DNA of 64,000 bases, taken from Chanos chanos (Eukaryota). Position numbers and translations under genes: made by a program. Location of the stretch: contig NC_044504.1 in the NCBI RefSeq assembly GCF_902362185.1, positions 33,092,702 to 33,156,701 of the forward strand. The letters are read 5' to 3'. Shown here one piece after another: positions 12,841 through 25,750 of the stretch. The first letter of the stretch is position 1, and every line of letters begins with the position of its first letter. The notes beneath the pieces were generated by a model that saw nothing but the letters and a program-made list of their open reading frames with translations, ran no database searches and had not been told where the DNA came from.

Positions 12841-13440
12841 TCACTGTTCCAGCTGTAGGTGGTATTGTCCTTTCTCATTGTCTTCTGTTATAGAGGAGGT
12901 TGACCCATTGGTGGGCTGAGGTGTTGAGGAGGTTGAGCATGAGTGGTCATCTGTGTGGTCTTCTGTTATAGAGGAGATTGATACATTTGCAGACTCAGCT
13001 ATTGAGGAGACTGAGCCTGAGTTGTCCTCTGTTATAAAGGATGTTGACACATTAGAGGTCTGTGAGGAGGTAGACCCTGAGGTGGGCTGTGCTGGTAAAG
13101 AGATTTTGTTGGTGAATGTTTCCATAAAGAGGGTTAGGTCTGATACATGAAACCATACATCTTCATCAGTCGCTTGATGTTGTCGATCAGTGGACTGGTT
13201 TTGTACATCAGTGGGCTGATTTTGCAAATCAGTGTGATACAAGATTTGTTGTAGTTTATCAACAGAGTTTCTGCTCATTTGCTCGCTCCAGCAAATGTTT
13301 CCTTTTTTTTTTTCATAGTGGTCTCCATCTTTTTCAGTTGATATTCCTCATAGAAGCTTTTGTAAAATGGTTTACAGCACAGTTGTATACAAGACAATCC
13401 CATCCATATTAGTGAAATAAGGGTTAATAATGCCAGGCCA
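12841..13440 (-). pseudogene. CALHM-like paralog B (subfamily 2). Exon 2 only. Exon 1 lost.
   Basis: ORF 12841..13278 (MSRNSVDKLQQILYHTDLQNQPTDVQNQSTD...). The upstream TM4/KPFYKSFYEEYQLKKMETTMKKKK segment runs into a stop (…ETFAGASK*). Homology to paralog C ends abruptly at about 13640, where exon 1 should start. Confidence 0.55.
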
Positions 13441-13629
13441 CACATCTAGAAAAAGATGAATGATCATGGATATGAATTACACACGGAATCCACTTGAAAC
13501 TATATCTTTTAAAATTGCATTCCTGTATTCTTAGCATCTTACACGGTGAGGTAATGAGCGGCCGCGTATTCATTTTAGTCCAATAATGTAATCCTCTAAA
13601 GTCTAAATCATTGTAGAATTTTAGCATTT

Positions 13630-14020
13630 GGTATGCTGCCGCCTCGTGGCTTCCTGCGCTGATGTGGCTGTGTCGTCCACCCCAACTGAGCCCCTAGCTG
13701 TTTTGTCATTCTTTATATTGTCCACTTGTTGTGTTTTCATTTTCATTATCACTGTGTTGTTTGTAATTTGCCCACTGGGTTGGCACCTATTGCACACCTG
13801 GCTGGCCTAGAAGGGGTCTCCTCTTTCTGTGGTCCTTCTCAGGATTTCTCTTATTTTTCCCTAGCATCTTGGTTTTTTGAGGAGATTTTTCTTGCCCGCT
13901 ATGAGGATCAAGTCAGGGGGTGCCACCCTGCTCTGGTTGTTATATTCCTGTGGGCATGTAAAGCCCTTTGAGACTGTAAACAGTGATATAATGGGTTTTT
14001 AAAATGAACTTGAGCTTGAA
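13630..14020 (+). mobile_element. SINE-like insertion occupying the position of paralog B exon 1
   Basis: This is the point where the paralog B/C alignment breaks. The sequence ends ...gccctttgagactgtaaacagtgatataatgggtttttaaaatgaacttgagcttgaac, which resembles the tails of many teleost tRNA-derived SINEs. Family is not identified. Confidence 0.3.
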
Positions 14021-17000
14021 CACACTGTCTTTCACGCACAATTCGATTTTTGGCCACTTGTTATTTTCTTTTTGCGACTTCTAAAATATAGACCTGGCAT
14101 GCTTTCTTTCTCTCTTTGTCTGAGCACACACTTCAACTTTGGGATTACAGTGCGAGTTAAGGGTTGGGTAGAGTTGTTGGGTTGAGGGCCTACTTGAGAC
14201 TAGCTCTCAAGTTGGAGATCCTTTGTTTCTCTCTCACACACACGCACGCATCTCCACTCTTACACTCATTCAGTCTTACTATGAATACTTGTACATAGCC
14301 TCATTACCATCCTATTACCATTTGCGCTTTGATCATTCTATTTGCTGCTGGTTATTGATTGTACCATATCATTATTAGTTTGCCAAGTAGTGTTGATCAT
14401 GTTAATAAATAGTATGTTTGGAATAAACTGTTGTCCTGTCTGTTTCTGCCGCAATATTCACTGAGTGCCAACCACTGCCATCAAACTACTCCCAACAACC
14501 TTCATCAACCTGGTTGTTCATAGGTGTTATAGATTTAATACTGCAATACTCACTAAGACTCTAGCACAGTGTTACAACTAGATTATTCTATTACTTTTAG
14601 TAGTTTAATTATAAAGTATTAAACACCAAAATTAATGGTTAAGAATTTTATGAGACTGATTTATATGAGACTGATTTGATAATCCTATCACACCTACATC
14701 TTTCTGTGCCCCCCTGTTAGGAGTGCTACTGTACCTACAAGATAATGTTCTGCACAATAGACTCTTTTCTCAGAAAGCACAGTCTCAAAATAATTTGCTC
14801 TAATTTTGCATTACCTTCGTATAGCTCAGAAGAGGAGCATGCAATGTTTGTTGCAAACTTTCCACTATCTCTTCTTGAATACATCATACATTGAACTAAA
14901 AAGAAGAAAACAACAACTTTGGTTCTGCGGTGCCCATGGTTAGCTAAGTTCCTGTTCTGTGAACTATAGCTTTGCATAGGGTTTTTTCAGCAGGTGCATC
15001 TTAGTTCATTTCTATGGACATGCAAGCCAAGGCACCATCTTATATGTCTCTGTTTAAAAATCTGCAGTGTCCACTCTATGATTAAAAAAGTGCTGACAAC
15101 AGAAGAGACCTAAAATTTGCAAGGCACCGGTAAACAACAAGAAGGAAGCTCAGCACACTGAGAGATATACTCTGCATCTGCCACGGTAACTCATTATATA
15201 TATTGTTCAGCTCTTGTTCAACCACAAAATATGAACATACGTGAACAAATTTTCCTATACATCTGTTTGTCAGAAATACATGTGGTTTTCAACTGTGCCC
15301 CTGGTTACAGAGCATCCTGTCTCACAATCTGCATTTGACCTACCAGTTATTTCAGCTTAACTTTTTCTCATGAACGTTCAACCATAGGCCTTTGTCTTTT
15401 TTAATATTGCTCTCTGGTACACTGATGTTGGTGTAGTCCTAACAGGTATCCGTCAGGAGTATGGATACTTGGTATGCAAGAGTACATCATACACTTTGTG
15501 CATTGAAGTCTCTGAAGATTTGTCACAAACGTTGCAAAATTGCAGCATGTCAGTGTTTCTGCGAGGTGAATGTGGATTTATATCACGGCCAATAAAGCAA
15601 TTTCAGAGGCTCTGTTACTTGGAGACAAAGGAAATAAGGGGGATATTATTGTCTTCTTTGGAAGTGTGCTGCAATGTAGCAAAGACATTCAATGAGTAAA
15701 CAACAGTTTACCATAGGCAGGTAGAGGCTGTGCAGAGAACAAGCCTGCACAGAGACAATATCTTCTCCTTTGTCTGTTACAACACATGTCTGTATGGAAC
15801 CAGGGAAAAGGACTGTGGGAGGACTGAAGGACTGGAAAAGCACTGTGCAGATCTTTTATTCTCTGTCAAGTGAACCTGAAAAGCCAGAGATACACTGAGA
15901 TACAAGCCAGCGATACAAGCCAGAGATACACAGAGATACACAAACAGTAAGAGTTTTGTATGTATATGAGTATGGGAGCACTAGATAATGCAGCATTCGT
16001 ATTAAGACACAGGGAGCATGAGACATTTTGTATTGGACAGTCATTCAAACTCAACCATGCCACACATCAGAGGGTTTACAACACACAATCCCCTTAACAG
16101 TTATGTTAAGTTATTAAACACTTTACAATGTGTCAGTATTTTTGACAGGCCCATTTCAGTGTTTTTCTCCCTGTAGGACAGAAATGCCCTAGAGCACAAT
16201 CAATCTATTTATTTTATCTTTGTGTTGTATTTTCACAATGAAAATGACTGATCTGAACTCATATTCATATTCATTGTAAGAGTTCAGTACAATGTGTGAG
16301 TCTTTGAAAAACTGACTGATTCTGCCTGGAGAAAAGGGAAAAAGCCTAATAGAGAGCGTAGCTTGGCTGATGGCTTAGCTGTGTTTCATGTGTAAAGGGA
16401 GAGGTTTTTTTTTTTTGTAAACTCAAGACATCTGTCTCAAAGGTTAGTATGCATAGGGCAGTGGGCCCATCTTCTGTATGTTATATGAGGCAGTGTTTTT
16501 GGTAATACTGCCTTGTTTTGAAATAATATGTTAAGAAGTAAATAATGAATATTGGATGCACATTGGTAAAGCAATAAATTGCATGCAACTAACCCTAGCA
16601 AAAGTTTATCCACTCAGGGTTCCACACCTCATTCCATGCTGATCACAGCAGCAAAGATTTTTGAAATCATTTTAGAGATTAAGGTATGATATCCTCGTGT
16701 GCAGTGTCCTGTTACAATGGATGGTACAAAAATGTTGGAATCACTTCCTTAACCTTCTACATATTCACATTTGTTCCAATTATAATTAGTTTGTCCTAAT
16801 TATACTTATACTAAAAAAAAAATCTTTTTTTTTTTTTTAATTTTTTGGACACCTCAGGTAGGAACCTGACAGGCTTGTTGTGAGACATGGATTGACAAGA
16901 GTATGCAAAGTTGGAGTAGAGAACAAATGCTATAGTTTATTTATAGTGCAAGAAGAGAAAAAATGGCCATTTTATTACAAATACACAAAGAACAAGCTGA

Positions 17001-17509
17001 CAATAAACAAATCCTTTGTCCAAAATGCTCCTTAGAGCACATAAAATGTCTCTGTCTGCACAAGGTCCTGGTTACTGTAACTAAAACTGTTAAATAAGTA
17101 TTTTTTTCATTAATATTTTTCATATATCACAGTATAAAATGAGGTACGCTGTACAGTAATAGAACCTATAATTTCATGAAGCATAAATCATTGTTTAAGT
17201 AGGTGTGGGCTGATTTCTACACTTGGATAATGACAGAGATCCCTTCCTAAAACAAAAGGACAGAAGTATCAAAATCCATTTGTTTAAGTCTACTCAGTGG
17301 GTTACAAGTGGTGACTAGCTAGCTACACCATCCATCTTATTATTACACATGTTCACTGTTCCAGCTGTAGGTGGTATTGTCCTTTCTCAAATACCATTCC
17401 TTATTTTCACCACCTTGAGCTGTTTATGAAGACCAAAGCTTGTGAGTGTACAAGTATGTTTTGAATTATGATGGTTGCACTAGTTTTCTGAAAGAGGTTG
17501 GCCATGAGG

Positions 17510-18720
17510 TTATCTGTTTTGTTGAACCTGAGGTATGCTGTGTTGTTGAGGAGGTGAACCTGAATTGTCTTCTGTTATAGAGGAGGTTGACCCATTGGTG
17601 GGTTGAGGTGTTGAGGAGGTTGAGCATAAGTGGTCACCTGTGTGGTCTTCTGTTTTAGGGGATATTGACACAGTTGCAGACTCAGCTGTTGAGTAGTTTG
17701 AGCTTGAGTTGTCCTCTGTTATAGAGGGCATTGGCACATTAGAGGACTGTGTCGATGAGGAGGTAGACCCTGAGTTGGGCTGTGCTGATAAAGAGATTTT
17801 GTTGGTGAATGTTTCCATAAAGAGGGTTTGGTCCGATATATGAAACCATACATCTTCATCAGTCGCTTGATTTTGTCGATCAGTGGACTGGTTTTGTACA
17901 TCAGTGGGCTGATTTTACAAATCAGTGTGATACAAGATTTGTTGTAGTTTATCAACAGAGTTTCTGCACATTTGCTGGCTCCATTCTTCAGCAAATGTTT
18001 CCATTTTTTTTTTCATAGTGGTCTCCATCTTTTTGAGTTGGTATTCCTCATAGAAGCTTTTGTAAAATGGTTTACAGCACAGTTGTATACAAGACAATCC
18101 CATCCATATTGGTGAAATAATGTTTAATAATGCCAGGCCACACATCTAGAAAAAGATGAATGATCATGGATATGAATTACACACAAAATCCACTTGTAAC
18201 TATATCTTTCAAACCCAGTTAATTGCATTCCTGTATTCTTAGCATCTTACAGGGTGAGATAATGAGCAGCTGCATATTCATTTTAGTCCAATAATGTAAT
18301 CCTCTAAAGTCTAAATCATTGTAGAATTTTAGCATTTGGTATGCTGACATCTTGATTGCTCATGCCAGGCTGTGATGTTTTTAAAAGTGCTGACAAGACA
18401 CACAAACCAGTCTCCATCAATTAATGCTGCCGAAACCCAGAGAAAAACAGGCACAACTGCTTTACAGAAGTGTCTGAAACACATGGACCACCATTAACTT
18501 GGCCTGCGTTGATGTTTTGGATGTCTTGCACAGATCCTCATGAGCAGTTCATCACTAAGAATTACAATGCAAAATAGAACGAGAGATGGTAAAACCATGT
18601 AAAATGCACAAACCCATTTCTTTTCATAAGTGTTGCATGGACATTGAAACTCCAGCTTGAACAAGTACTGGAAAATGACAGAAAAATCCTTGTTTCGACA
18701 GTGAGATCTGGATGTTCAGG
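17510..18720 (-). pseudogene. CALHM-like paralog C (subfamily 2). Both exons disrupted.
   Basis: Exon 2 is split over three overlapping frames (ORFs 17510..17818, 17719..17994, 17915..18145). Exon 1 (18290-18720) reads FQYLFKLEFQCPCNTYEKKWVCAFYMVLP...ICARHPKHQRRPS* with an in-frame TAA. The track ORF 18562..18777 is in a shifted frame. Confidence 0.55.
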
Positions 18721-19387
18721 AGAAACCATTTTGATACAACAAAAAAGGATCAGAACAATGTTTAAAACATTGCACACAAATTCCTAATGCTGTCCCAAAA
18801 TGTTTGTCAAACTGAATTCAGTTTCAAACCTGAAGATTTTTCACAAAAACATGTTGCTGTTACAGATCCTCTGTTTTGGGTTTTTTTTTTATTGGTTTGG
18901 TTTTTGTTTATTTGTTTGATTTTTGTTTGCTTGAGTTTGAGTATGATTCTAGAAGTAAATCCAGCAATCCACAATGTTTGCATGAAGATCACAGACACAA
19001 AAATCCACATATCCTCAAGAAACAATTTGTGAGAATTTCTGCTACAAAATTCAGATGGTTCCAAAGGAGTAGGAATAAAATTCTCCTGGACTCAGATATG
19101 GCAAAGGAACAGGGCAACTGAACATATGGTGTAAAGGGCAAATTCTCTGCATAGACAACAGAATAAAAAATGTTCTGTGCTGCTTTACAATGTTTGTTGC
19201 TTGCAAATGCTGTTTGAAATGTCATATTTGAATTGAAAAAAGAAAAGAAGCCTGCTTTGGTTTTCTGCTATGTGGTTATGATCAAGGTTAGCTGAGTTTT
19301 TCCCATGTACCCTATAGCTTTAAATAGTGTTTGCTTTGCAGGTGCAACTTAGTCCATTACCAGAAGTTCCAGCCAATACTTCACCAT

Positions 19388-19752
19388 TGTCACAGCCTGC
19401 ACCTCATTTTGGACTTTCAGTTTGAAATGTCTTGTGCTCCTCTTCCGTGTGTGTTTCCACCCCTCACCTGATCCTGTTTGTTGCATTTATTAACCTCGTT
19501 CTCCCCTTGTTAAGTTCATCCAATCATGTTTGCCCTGTTTAGTTTTTCTCTTGATTTAAGCCCTTGTGTTTGACCTGTCTTTTGTCTGTCATTGTTTGTG
19601 TTTATATGCACACTGTTAGGCTGCACTGTTTGGTCACTGGTTTTTGTTCCTGTTTGCACCTGTTTATTTATTTTCATTTTTGCAAGTAAAGTCCTCCTTT
19701 TTGTCACTACAATCTTTGTCTCTTGCGCATGGGTCCTGCACCACTCTGCCGG
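19388..19752 (+). mobile_element. Solo-LTR-like insertion (TGTCACA...TGTGACA) with 5-bp TSD ACCAT
   Basis: Inverted TG..CA termini. TSD copies at 19383-19387 and 19753-19757. Paralogous empty sites are at about 4415, 9995, 15025 and 57765 (…agccaaggcttcatcttgtatgtc…). Confidence 0.55.
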
Positions 19753-21234
19753 TGTGACAACCATATATGTCTCTGTTTAGAAATCTGTAGTCTCATCTCT
19801 ATAATTTAAAAAGGTGTTTGCAACAGACCGGACAAGGAAGAGACCTAAAATGGATAAGGCTGTGGGAAAGGTTTTGCAGATACTTTTGTAAGCAAAGAGG
19901 CCCAGTGCATTAAAAGATATATTCTGGCTTTCCACTGTGCCTGCCTGTGGTTAGAGAGCTTCCTGTTTTGCAGTCTGTGATGTTTTGAAATATGCATCTG
20001 GTCCACCAGTTATATCAGCTTAACATTTTACCATTAGGGCTCAACCAGTGGTCTTCTTAACCTTCTCATCTATCTTGTGGAGACAGATGAAGCCATATGT
20101 GATTTTCAATTAATTGTATGCTGGGACATATTAGTGTTTTTTTTTTTTTTTTTACTGAACGATCCATTTCAAACTCCCACTAATTTCAGATTCCTGGTTG
20201 TTCCCAGTTGTGTTAATTTCAGCAGTTAAGAAGTTAGTTTCAAGTAAATGTATAATTGTCTCAGAACTCAACATGATTTTGCCAGCACTAGTTCATAAGC
20301 ATGACAGTTTACGAAATTCTATATTTATGTCATAATATGACCTTGCTTACAATGCTGAACTTATTTTATTTTTTCCCCTGACAAATGTAAATGAATTACA
20401 GGAGACAGCAAGCACTTTTAAACAGAGACCACATGGCATGAGGGAGGTGTCCCAATGTATCAGAATCGATCTGGATTCAAAGCCGGCCACTCTACCGAGA
20501 CGGCCCTCCTTGCTGTCTCGGAGGAGCTCCACTTGGCCAGAGTGAAGTCTCTCAGCACTGTCCTCATACTCCTAGACCTCTCCGCAGCATTTGACACGGT
20601 CAACCACCAGATTCTCATGGTTCAAGTACTATCTGTCTGACCATTCCTACCAGGTCTCTTGGAGGAAATCGGTCTCTTCCCCCCGCCCTTTCCACACTGG
20701 AGTCCCACAAGGTTCTGTACTTGGTCCACTCCTCTTTTCTCTCTACTCAGATCACTCGGTCAAGTTATCTCCGCCCATGGTTTCTCTTACCACTGCTACG
20801 CTGATGACACACAGCTGTTCTTCTCCTTCCCCTCCTCTGACTCTCAGGTTCAGCCTCGTATCGCAGCCTGCTTAGCTGACATTGCCTCCTGGATGTCCGC
20901 TAACCACCTCAAACTCAACCTGGAGAAAACGGAGCATCTGTTTTTTCTTGCTAAGAACTCCCCAACGATCAACACTGCAATCACCATCGAGGGATCTGTG
21001 GTGTTCCCCACCACAGCAGCCAAAAATCTTGGCGTAACCCTTGACAACCAGCTGACCTACTCCGGTCACATCGCGGCAGTCATTCAATCCTGCAGATTCT
21101 AGCTATACAACATCAGGAGAATCCGCCCCTTCTTCACACAACAGGCGACCCAGCTCCTTGTCCAAGCGCTTGTCATCTCCCACCTGGACTACAGCAACGT
21201 TCTACTGGCTGGCTTGCCGACCTGTGCCATCAGG

Positions 21235-21848
21235 TGTCACGGTCCAGTCCCGCTCTCCCAGATCCTAGTCCTTGTTTTCCTTGTGTCCTGTATGTCTTGT
21301 CGGTCTGTTTCTGTATGTCCCAGTCCATGTCTTACCCTGTTCCCTGCCTGGTCTCTGTTCACCTGCTGCCCATTTCATTAATCAGCTACTGCGCTTAAGC
21401 CCTGTCTGTTTCCACTCCAGTTGCCAGATTATCTAGCCTTCTTTCCTGTTTCATGTATTAGATTGTCTTCCTTCTTTCTTGTTTCCCCCTTTTTGACTAT
21501 TGCCTGTTTTGGAGAAAGAGTTTTTTGCCTTTTGCCTGTGGACTTTTGCCTGTTTTTGGAGAAAGAGTTTTTGCCTTTTGCCTTAGGATCATTGCCTGTT
21601 TTTGGAAGAAGAGTTTTGCCTTTTGCCTTGGATCTTTGCCTGTTTTTGGAAAAGGAGTTTTTGCCTGTTGCCGTTGGACCATTGCCTGTTTTTGACTCCT
21701 GCCTCTGTCTTTGCCCCTCTGATATCACTGTGATTCATCTCTTTTGGATTTCTGGTAATCACTGTAATTATTAAACTCCAATTAAAACTTACTCTGTGCT
21801 CAGCCTGCTTTTGGGTCCTCAACCAACCAGGCCTCACCGGCCCTAACA
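21235..21848 (+). mobile_element. Solo-LTR-like insertion, same family as 10571-11070, with 5-bp TSD TCAGG. It is nested in an L2 LINE.
   Basis: Termini TGTCACGGTCCAG... and ...CACCGGCCCTAACA are identical to the 10571 copy. TSD copies at 21230-21234 and 21849-21853. The insertion interrupts the L2 ORF2 C-terminus (…LPTCAIR | …ARLVFNLPKHSHVTPLL). Confidence 0.6.
21480..21700 (+). repeat. Tandem repeats of about 57-60 bp inside the 21235-21848 LTR (about 4 units)
   Basis: ttttgcctgtttttggagaaagagtttttgccttttgcc... is repeated. This generates the spurious K-rich ORFs 21429..21728, 21497..21682 and 21589..21951. Confidence 0.6.
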
Positions 21849-22261
21849 TCAGGCCACTGCACGCCTGGTATTCAACCTCCCTAAGCACTCTCATGTCACT
21901 CCACTGCTTACTGCGCTCCACTGGCTTCCTACCAGCCACAAGAAGCTCCACCCCATCATACCTTCAGTCCTTTATAACTCCGTATACCCCTACTAGAACC
22001 CTCTGCTCTACGACCTCTGGTCAACTGACAGTCCCCTCACTTCAGGAACCCAGCAGCCGCTCCTCCTGACCATGCCTCTTCTCCGCCATTGCCCCGCGGT
22101 GGTGGAACGACCTCCCTCATGCAGTTAGGACTGCGGAATCTCTTACCATCTTCCGCAGAAAACTGAAAACCCACCTCTTTAGAACCCACCTGTCCCCCAC
22201 TGCCTAACCTCCCTTTCCTTACATTAAAAAAAAAAAAAAAAAAACCTTGTCTTGTGTCTAT

Positions 22262-22418
22262 GTTTGAAAGTATTTCAGGGGCGCAATACGAAGGGGTAAA
22301 TTGACGCTCAGTCTTATTGTGATCTCTGCTCATGAGGTATTAGAAATCCAAATGATGCACTGATTGTAAGTCGCTTTGGCTAAAAGTGTCTACCAAATAA
22401 CCAATTGTAAACTGTAAC
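22262..22418 (-). mobile_element. Second copy of the same SINE-like element, reverse orientation, abutting the L2 poly(A) tail
   Basis: Reverse complement of ...ttagccaaagcgacttacaatcagtgcatcatttggatttctaatacctcatgagcagagatcacaataagactgagcgtcaatttaccccttcgtattgcgcc, about 85-90% identical to 7751-7892. Confidence 0.5.
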
Positions 22419-23319
22419 CACTCCAGGTGGGGCCCTACAAAGTACTAGCTGGGAATCCTTGGGGCTTATCAAGCCCCTTTTAAAAGATGCACCCAAAGCA
22501 AAGACAGAAAGGCTGACTTGGAAAAAGATGTAAGGTGTTATTAAATGCTTTATAACAATTTGAAGTATTTTTACCTGCAGGCTTGTCCTTGAGAGCATGG
22601 TGGAGGATAAGATCTCACCACAGGAGAAGAGAAAAGAACTGATCCAGAAAGGTCTTTCTGGAACTACAGCCTCCTTCAGCAAATTCTTTTTGACCTAAGG
22701 GTCATGTCTGGCATCTAAAAAAGAGGAAATAAGCAGCTTAGTTAAAGGCAGAGCTATGTTAATTACTTGAATATGAGATTATGAAATTAATGTTAAATCT
22801 GGAATGTTACAGCAAAATAACATTTAATAAATGAAACTTTTAATTGTAACACTATTATCAGAGTTATAGCATGATGATCTAAGCTCCATGTCAAAATATT
22901 CATTGTACACTTCTAGAAATATTGTTGGTGATCCAAGGCAAGCTTGAGGTCATACAGCAAAGTTCACAAGTTATGTCTATTATCTTGAATAATTCTATTG
23001 GCACTCCAGCATTAATTTCAATGTGTTTACGTAAACCACACTGACCTGTTTAGTTTAGAGTTCGTTTAACACTGGAAAATGGCTGAGTATCAGTAAATTC
23101 AAAAGGAATGCTGTGAAAACAAATCTAATTTTGTTGCTCAACATTAAGCACCAGTATTCCCTGGGGTGTGTGTACTTATACTCCTGAAACAGAATGTACT
23201 TCAATACAGCAGTAAATTCAGATCAAATTTGGCATTACATATGACAAATACTAGATTTACAGTAAGAGAAGCTTCACTGCTCAGCCTCAGCTTTAGAAAA
23301 TAAAGAAAAAAAATCTAAG

Positions 23320-24720
23320 ATGCTTGTGTTTGGCCTTCAACAAAACTCTTGTAGAAAGTCACGAATTGAGGAATGCATATCTGACTGTTCCCAAACAGAA
23401 ATTGGCAGCATCACCTCCAGGACCATCAAACTGAGCACCGGCACTCCACAGGGCTGTGTGCTCAGTCCGCTCCTGTTCACCCTGCTGACCCACGACTGCA
23501 CAGTATCATCCACCTCCAACCTCATCGTAAAGTTTGCTGACGACCCTACATTGGTAGGCCTCATCAGCAACAATGATGAATCTCTATACAGAGCAGAAGT
23601 GGACCAACTAGCAGCGTGGTGCAAAGTCAGCAACCTCTTCCTAAACATAGGGAAAACTAAGGAGGTTATCATTGACTTCAGAAAGACCAGCACCCACCAT
23701 ACCCCCCTGACCATCGATGGTACGGACACAGAGTCAGCAGCTCTAAGTTCTTGGGAGTGCACATCACACAGGACCTCTCCTGGTCCTCACATGTCACTGC
23801 GCTCTCCAAGAAGGCCCAGCAGCATCTCCACTTCCTGCGGCACCTGAAGAAGGCGAGTCTCCCCCATCCATCCTCACCAAATTCTACAGAAGCACCATAG
23901 AGAGCATTCTGACCAGCTGTATCTCTGTCTGGCATGGGAACTGCAAAGCCTGGGACCGCAAGTCCCTACAGCGGATAGTGAAGACAGCTGAAAAGAGCAT
24001 AGGAACTGCTCTCCCATCCATACAGGCCATCAGCATCGTGAAGGACCCAACCCACCCTTCCCACGGCCACTTCACCCCCCTACCCTCTGGCAGGAGGTAC
24101 CAAAGCATCCATGCTGCCTCCTCCAGACTATGCAGCAGTTTCTTTCCTCAGGCTGTAAGGTTCCTCAACAGCTTGAACACTCTCTGACCTCTCCTTTGCG
24201 CAATAAACTGCACAAATGCACCTTTGAACAATCAACTGCACAATCAATTGCACTAACACCCCAAACAACTCACCTACCTGCACAATGCCAATGCTGTTGC
24301 CAGTAATTCACTGTCCGTGTCAGGTGTATGTCTGTGGGTGTTATGTCCTGTTATGTGTAGGTTTGTAATATGTAGGGATTTTTTTGTATGTTGTAGAAGT
24401 TTTACTTTTTAATTACTTAGTACTTTTTCTTTACCCAGTACTTTCTGTCTTTGCTCGGTGCTTCTGTTTTACTTACTCAGTACTTCTGTTTTACTAAGTA
24501 CTTTCTGTTGTCGTGTTTATTACCGCCCCCCCCCCTCCCTTTTTTTGTTTTTGTTTACCCTCACCTCAGTATTAATTGTGCGTTATTTATTATTTTATGT
24601 GGTATTTATTTCTTGTTTGTTTTATGTGGCACTGTGGTCCTTGTGTAACGCAATCTCGTTCCCCTGTATGTATGAGTCATGCATATGTGGAAATGACAAT
24701 AAAAGCAGTCTAAGTCTAAG
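23320..24720 (+). mobile_element. Rex1/Babar-like LINE 3' portion (RT C-terminal half plus 3'UTR with tandem repeats)
   Basis: ORF 23320..23847: LSTGTPQGCVLSPLLFTLLTHDC...IVKFADDPTLVGLISNNDESLYRAEVDQLAAWC...LNIGKTKEVIIDFRK. C-terminus ...LCSSFFPQAVRFLNSL (23978..24187). The 3'UTR has tacttagtactttctg-type tandem repeats and ends gacaataaaagcagtctaagtctaag. Confidence 0.6.
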
Positions 24721-25449
24721 AAAGCTTCACAACAAGGTGAGTTTACATGTCAAACATAGACCACTTTCAGACATGCACTGCAACCCTGAATTTATCTAGA
24801 CATTACCCGGGGGGGCTATATGTGAGAACACAAATGTCCAAATCAGTTGGATCAGGCATGGAATGGACTTTATTTTGCCAGCCCCCTAGTACAAAGTCCA
24901 TGTAATGTCCAGTTGAATCCATGTGCGAATAGAGGAGGTCATTGTCCAGATAATTCACAGTGAGCGAGTGAGCGTGTTGATGACGTTTCTATCATGCAAC
25001 TGGCACAAAGCCAGGAGAATGCAAACATCGAAGGGTGAAGAAAAAGGGTCATTTACACAAAGACAGCAATGAAAATGTTTAACTGGAGAGATGACAAGAT
25101 TCGGGAACTTCTGTCGTTAAGGGCTGACACTGAAATCGTCAGACAAATGCATACCACGGCAAGAGGCTTGGTTGTTTATGACCAAATTACGACCCGGCTA
25201 TGTGACTGCTGTATAATGTTGTGTCATGTCCTGCCTCCTGCACACTCTACCCAGGTGCCACCCCTCTCCTAAACCAAACAGAGTATTTCCAGTCGGTGAG
25301 AACGTGTGTAGCACAGACCATCTCCTGCTGTGTGCTTCATGTGTGAAAGAGCAACTCGGGACACTGTCCAGACCTGATTCTGTCCGGAGTTCAATGAGAA
25401 AACGGCAATCAAGTACCAAAGCCTATTCCCCACGTCCAGTTTATTTCGT

Positions 25450-25750
25450 AAATGCCTACATTTATTCTCATATCCTTAAATTTATCACCTGCGACGTTTT
25501 AGTGAAAGTACATGAGAGTGTCTGTAGGATCATGGTTATAAAATTGATGATCTTGGTGAGGCTGCCTTCGAGGCCATTCTTGAGGAGGACCGTGTTCTTG
25601 AACAGGTTTTTTTGATACCAGGTGTCAAAGAAAGGTTTGGATCAGATAGAGTAGCACAAACACCTATTAGATCAGAATGTCTTTGTCTGATGCTCCTGAC
25701 TCAGAGATGGAAAAGAACAGATAAAATGAGCGGTATAGGACCATCTGCAT
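25450..25750 (-). pseudogene. Relic of a CALHM-like exon 2 3' end (paralog D). The rest of the gene is deleted.
   Basis: 25540-25700 aligns with the 3' coding end of paralog F exon 2 (55990-56120: ...ggtttggatcagatagagta...). It carries multiple stops. The cognate upstream module is at 26030-26650, with only about 250 bp between them. Confidence 0.4.

Larger units (their letters stand above)
9285..13640 (+). repeat. Unit of the tandem CALHM-like array (paralog B unit). It is duplicated at 14230-18780 (paralog C unit) and partially at 2000-4400 (paralog A unit).
   Basis: Collinear blocks 9290-10565≈14250-15590, 11070-12700≈15600-17200 and 12660-13440≈17160-18130≈2060-3060. The units differ by the LTR insertion at 10571-11070, the SINE at 13630 and the LTR at 19388. 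Confidence 0.7.
20390..22246 (+). mobile_element. L2-type (CR1/L2 clade) LINE, 5'-truncated, interrupted by the solo LTR at 21235-21848. The tail ends in poly(A).
   Basis: RT motifs YQNRSGFKAGHSTETALL, LLDLSAAFDTVNH and FSYHCYADDTQLF. ORF2 C-terminus LYNIRRIRPFFTQQATQLLVQALVISHLDYSNVLLAGLP. After the LTR: ARLVFNLPKHSHVTPLLTALHWLP.... Poly(A) at 22228-22246. Frameshifts are present. Confidence 0.7.

Noticed and set aside
21429-21951. Lys-rich ORFs (99, 61 and 120 aa) reading KAKGKTLLPKTGNDPKAKGKNSFSKNRQ...
   Set aside because: They arise from the 57-bp tandem repeats inside the solo LTR at 21235-21848 and are present in several frames at once. This is repeat-generated pseudo-periodicity, not a histone-like gene.
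24451-24799. Leu/Phe-rich ORFs downstream of the Rex1 RT
   Set aside because: They fall in the Rex1 3'UTR tandem-repeat region (tacttagtactttctg units), so they are non-coding.
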